A program made the translations under genes and the position numbers. Positions 59,553-64,000 of a stretch of 64,000 nt of DNA are shown piece by piece. The notes beneath the pieces are model-generated. The model did not search any database. It was given only the letters and a program-made list of their open reading frames with translations, and had not been told where the DNA came from. The DNA is from Eledone cirrhosa. Taxonomy: Eukaryota. The stretch lies in contig OZ024742.1 in assembly GCA_964016885.1 (NCBI GenBank), positions 242,916,001-242,980,000 on the forward strand, read 5' to 3'. Within the stretch, counting starts at the first letter, position 1, and the number at the start of each line of letters is the position of its first letter.

Positions 59553-60364
59553 ATGTTCTTTTTTACCGTAAAGAAGACTTAATTTTCAATATGCCGGCGT
59601 AAAGTAAATGCAGGAAAATGTAAATAGTTGAGTGTGTGACTTCCGAACGCATATCCTCCACTTCCAACTAACATGCCCTCCACCTCTAGGTCCCAGTCGA
59701 CAGGGCGGAAAATACATTGCCCTGAAGAACGGTGAAGTAGACGCGTTGGAATGGCCACTCTAGCTCGTGGGACTTGCATCTGATGGAACCAATTCTGCAC
59801 CGGTAGCAGTGGGTAGGGATCCGGGGGCTAAGTACGCTGTAAATTTTCACTACTACATGCTCTACCACAACCCTATCAAAGAGCGGCCGATGCTTAGGCA
59901 GTTTCCCTTCTTCGGGGCAGCAGAACCTGGGCTGGTAGCCTAACGCACCAGGTTGGTATTTTTTATGTGTTTAAAGAAGGTTACATGAATATAGCAACTT
60001 CCTTTATATTTTCCTTCTACAATACCTTGTATGTATTACTTTTAGGTTGGATTATATAGAGATGACCTCTACGCCATAACGTATTGCTTCTACGTTGCAT
60101 GACTTGTCTAAAAAGCATGTATTAAGAAACAATCGCTATTAGTGTGACCCATGGTAAAGTTTTTTTTATCAAATCACTACATTCCTACATATAATTTTTT
60201 ATCGGTATAAGTTTCGGATACCGCTCCTTTTTTTTTTCCTTTACTAAATATGTCATGAAGGCTAATAATAAATTTTGGCTCCCTTCACTATGTTGATCCA
60301 CATTTAACTATATGTTTTCCATGCAGACGGCATCACTTGGAAAAACTATCATTGCCATCATTCT

Positions 60365-60784
60365 CACATACACATATATACATACACATACATACACACA
60401 CATACACATGCACACACAATCACACATACATACACACACATACACATGCACACAACAACAACAACAACAACACTACCAACACCACCAACACCACCACCAC
60501 CACCAGCAACAACAACACCAACAACAACAACACCACCATCACCACCACCACCAACAACAACAACAACAACAACACTACCAACACCACCAACACCACCACC
60601 ACCAACAACAACAACAACACCACCACCAACACCACCACCACCACCACCAGCAACAACAACACCAACAACAACAACACCACCATCACCACCACCACCAACA
60701 ACAACAACAACGACAACAACAACAACACCACCACCAACACCACCACCACCACCACCACCAACACCAACAACAACAACAACAACT
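60365..60784. repeat. (CA)-rich then (CAA/CAC)n low-complexity tract
   Basis: Directly visible. Confidence 0.95.
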
Positions 60785-60935
60785 AAAATAAGAAGATAAA
60801 CGATCACGAAGTATATGAAATCAAGAAATGACGGAGGAGAAAAAGAAATCATAGTAGACTATCCAACGTTAAATTTGGTGAAATTAACAGATGTTATCTT
60901 ATTGGAAGTCATGTTAGATCTCTCAGTCATATAAC

Positions 60936-60992
60936 TACGTCTTTACGTCTTTACGTCTTTACGTCTTTACCTCTTTACGTCTTTACGTCTTT
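60936..60992. repeat. (TACGTCTT)n 8-bp repeat, ~7 copies
   Basis: Directly visible. Confidence 0.92.
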
Positions 60993-61127
60993 TCTGGATG
61001 TAATAATGTCTCTTTTTCTTGGTTCTCTTCATTACTTTTAATGTTTTCTGAGGTTTCTTTTGAATTTTTTAACCAAGATGGTTAAATAAGTTGTGTGTGT
61101 GTGTGTGTGGGGAGGGGTTATGTGTGG

Positions 61128-61193
<66 letters not shown>

Positions 61194-61284
61194 ATGTGTG
61201 GTTGTGTGTGTGGTTGTGTGTGTTCTTTTTCTTCGTATATCCGGAGCGGTATTTGTAGGGGGCAGGGACTTAAACAACATTGGT

Positions 61285-61620
61285 ACAGCAGCAGTAGTAG
61301 TAATAGCAGCACCACCAACAACAGCAGCAATAATAGCAGCAACAACAGCAGAAGCAGCAACAATAACAACAGCAGCAGCAACAGCAGCAACAACAACAGC
61401 AACGACAGCAGTAGCATCAATAATAGCTGCAGCAACAACATCAGCAGCAGCAACAATAACAGCAACAACAGCAGCAACAAGAACAATAGCAGTACCAGCA
61501 ACTATAACAGCAGCAACAACAACGACAGCAGCAGCAAGGTCAACAACAACGACAGCAACAGCAATAATAGCAGCAACGACAGCAGCAATGACAGAAACAG
61601 CAACGGCAGCAGCAGCAAGA
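61285..61620. repeat. (CAG/CAA)n degenerate trinucleotide tract
   Basis: Directly visible. Confidence 0.93.
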
Positions 61621-61639
61621 TCAGCGTCGGTAGCGACGG

Positions 61640-64000
61640 TAGATGTGGTGATGGTGGTGGCGGCGGTGTCGGGTGATGGTGGTGGTGGTGGTGGTGGTAG
61701 TGGTGGTGTGGTCTGGTCGTGGTGGCAGTGGTGGTTATGGTGTTGTTGGTGGTAGTGGTGGTGGTGGTCGTGGCGGTAGTGGTGGTGGTGGTGGTGGTGG
61801 TGGTAGTGGTGGTGTGGTCTGGTCGTGGTGGTAGTGGTGGTAGGTAGGTAGTGGCGGTGGTGGTCGTGGCGTTAGTGGTGATGGTGGTGGTGGTGGTGGT
61901 GGTCCTGGTGGTAGTGGTGGTGTGGTGGGGGTGTCTGGTCGTGGTGGCAGTGGTGGTTATGGTGGTGGTGGTGGCGGTGGCAGTATCTGGTGATGGTGTT
62001 GGTGGTGGTGGTGGTAGGTAGGTAGTGGCGGTGGTGGTCGCGGCGGTAGTGGTGATGGTGGTGGTGGTGGTGGTCCTGGTGGTAGTGGTGGTGTGGTGGT
62101 GGTGATGGCAGGTAGGTAGTGGCGGTGGTGGTCGTGGCGGTAGTGGTGATGGTGGTGGTGTTGGTGGTCCTGGTGGTAATGGTGGTGTGGTGGTGGTGTC
62201 TGGTCGTGGTGGCAGTGGTGGTTATGGTGGTGGTGGTGGCAGTATCTGGTGATGGTGTTGTTGTTGGTGGTGGTGGTAGGTAGTGGCGGTGGTGGTCGTG
62301 GCGGTAGTGGTGGTAGTGGTGGTGGTGGTGGTGGTGGTAGTGGTGGTGTGGTGGGGGTGTCTGGTCGTGGTGGCAGTGGTGGTTATGGTGGTGGTGGTGG
62401 CGGTGGCAGTATCTGGTGATGGTGTTGGTGGTGGTGGTGGTAGGTAGGTAGTGGCGGTGGTGGTCGCGGCGGTAGTGGTGATGGTGGGGGTGGTGGTGGT
62501 CCTGGTGGTAATGGTGGTGTGGTGGTGGTGTCTGGTCGTGGTGGCAGTGGTGGTTATGGTGGTGGTGGTGGCAGTATCTGGTGATGGTGTTGTTGTTGTT
62601 GGTGGTGGTGGTAGGTAGTGGCGGTGGTGGTCGTGGCGGTAGTGGTGGTAGTGGTGGTGGTGGTGGTGGTGGTAGTGGTGGTGTGATGGGGGTGTCTGGT
62701 CGTGGTGGCAGTAGTGGTTATGGTGGTGGTGGTGGCAGTATCTGGTGATGGTGTTGTTGTTGGTGGTGGTGGTAGGTAGTGGCGGCGGTGGTCGTGGCGG
62801 TAGTGGTGATGTGTTGGTGTCTTGTCATGGTGGCAGTGATGGTTGTGGTAGTGGTGGCAGCGATGTCTAGTGATGGTAGTGATGGTGGTGGTCGTGGGTG
62901 TGTGCTGGCGTGGTCGAAGCGGTAGTTGTTGTGGTCATGGTGGTGGTGTCTGGTCGTGGTGGCAGTGGTGGTGGGTAGTGGTAGTGGTGGCGGCGATGTC
63001 TAGTGATGGTGGTGGTGGTGTCTGGTCGTGGTGGCAGTGGTGGTGGGTAGTGGTAGTGGTGGCGGCGATGTCTAGTGATGGTGGTGGCGGTGTCTGGTCG
63101 TGGTGGCAGTGGTGGTGGGTAGTGGTAGTGGTGGCGGCGATGTCTAGTGATGGTGGTGGTGTCTGGTCGTGGTGGCAGTGGTGGGTAGTGGTAGTGGTGG
63201 CGGCGATGTCTAGTGATGGTGGTGGTGGTGTCTGGTCGTAGTGGCAGTGGTGGTGGGTAGTGGTAGTGGTGGCGGCAATGTCTAGTGGCGGTGGTGGTGG
63301 TGTCTGGTCGTGGTGGCAGTGGTGGTGGGTAGTGGTAGTGGTGGCGGCGATGTCTAGTGATGGTGGTGGTGGTGTCTGGTCGTGGTGGCAGTGGTGGTGG
63401 GTAGTGGTAGTGGTGGCGGCGATGTCTAGTGATGGTGGTGGCGGTGTCTGGTCGTGGTGGCAGTGGTGGTGGGTAGTGGTAGTGGTGGCGGCGATGTCTA
63501 GTGATGGTGGTGGTGTCTGGTCGTGGTGGCAGTGGTGGGTAGTGGTAGTGGTGGCGGCGATGTCTAGTGATGGTGGTGGTGGTGTCTGGTCGTAGTGGCA
63601 GTGGTGGTGGGTAGTGGTAGTGGTGGCGGCAATGTCTAGTGGCGGTGGTGGTGGTGTCTGGTCGTGGTGGCAGTGGTGGTGGGTAGTGGTAGTGGTGGCG
63701 GCGATGTCTAGTGATGGTGGTGGTGGTGTCTGGTCGTGGTGGCAGTGGTGGTGGGTAGTGGTAGTGGTGGCGGCGATGTCTAGTGATGGTGGTGGCGGTG
63801 TCTGGTCGTGGTGGCAGTGGTGGTGGGTAGTGGTAGTGGTGGCGGCGATGTCTAGTGATGGTGGTGGTGTCTGGTCGTGGTGGCAGTGGTGGGTAGTGGT
63901 AGTGGTGGCGGCGATGTCTAGTGATGGTGGTGGTGGTGTCTGGTCGTAGTGGCAGTGGTGGTGGGTAGTGGTAGTGGTGGCGGCAATGTCTAGTGGCGGT
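61640..64000. repeat. GGT-rich satellite; from ~62940, 72/66-bp monomers in a 354-bp higher-order repeat
   Basis: Identical ORFs at 63260 and 63614; the TCGTAG variant recurs at 63237, 63591 and 63945. Confidence 0.93.

Noticed and set aside
60312-61755. Poly-Q/H, poly-T/P and poly-A/T ORFs
   Set aside because: Trinucleotide low-complexity DNA is open in several frames; there is no unique domain or splice context.
61640-64000. Telomere
   Set aside because: No TTAGGG units; it is a GGT-derived satellite.

Overview
AT-rich, microsatellite-saturated animal DNA; the SINE families and repeat landscape suggest a cephalopod such as Octopus (inference). I found no convincing host protein-coding gene, and most ORF-track entries are translations of simple repeats. 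The window is essentially a community of mobile elements, several of which appear to occupy distinct microsatellites. (i) Three young, 5'-truncated Tx1/L1-clade LINEs are stacked head-to-tail inside one (TCTA)n array. (ii) A sister Tx1 family sits in (ATT)n with a TSD. (iii) About 30 copies of a tRNA-headed SINE have a 3' end resembling that Tx1, TSDs ending in TAAT, and head-to-tail arrays spaced by copies of the TSD. (iv) Two R4/Dong-type RLE LINE 3' ends abut (TACA)n. (v) Many Penelope-like element (PLE) remnants in (TA)n form large palindromes and carry about 10 distinct type I hammerhead ribozymes. Also present: Helitron-like elements (one tandem junction), a mariner MITE, a TIR element carrying a CTCF-like motif, a probable tRNA-Pro(TGG) pseudogene, 23-bp, 43/46-bp and 53-bp minisatellites, and a GGT-rich satellite with a 354-bp higher-order repeat at the right end. 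All calls were made by eye; boundaries are approximate unless junctions are quoted.
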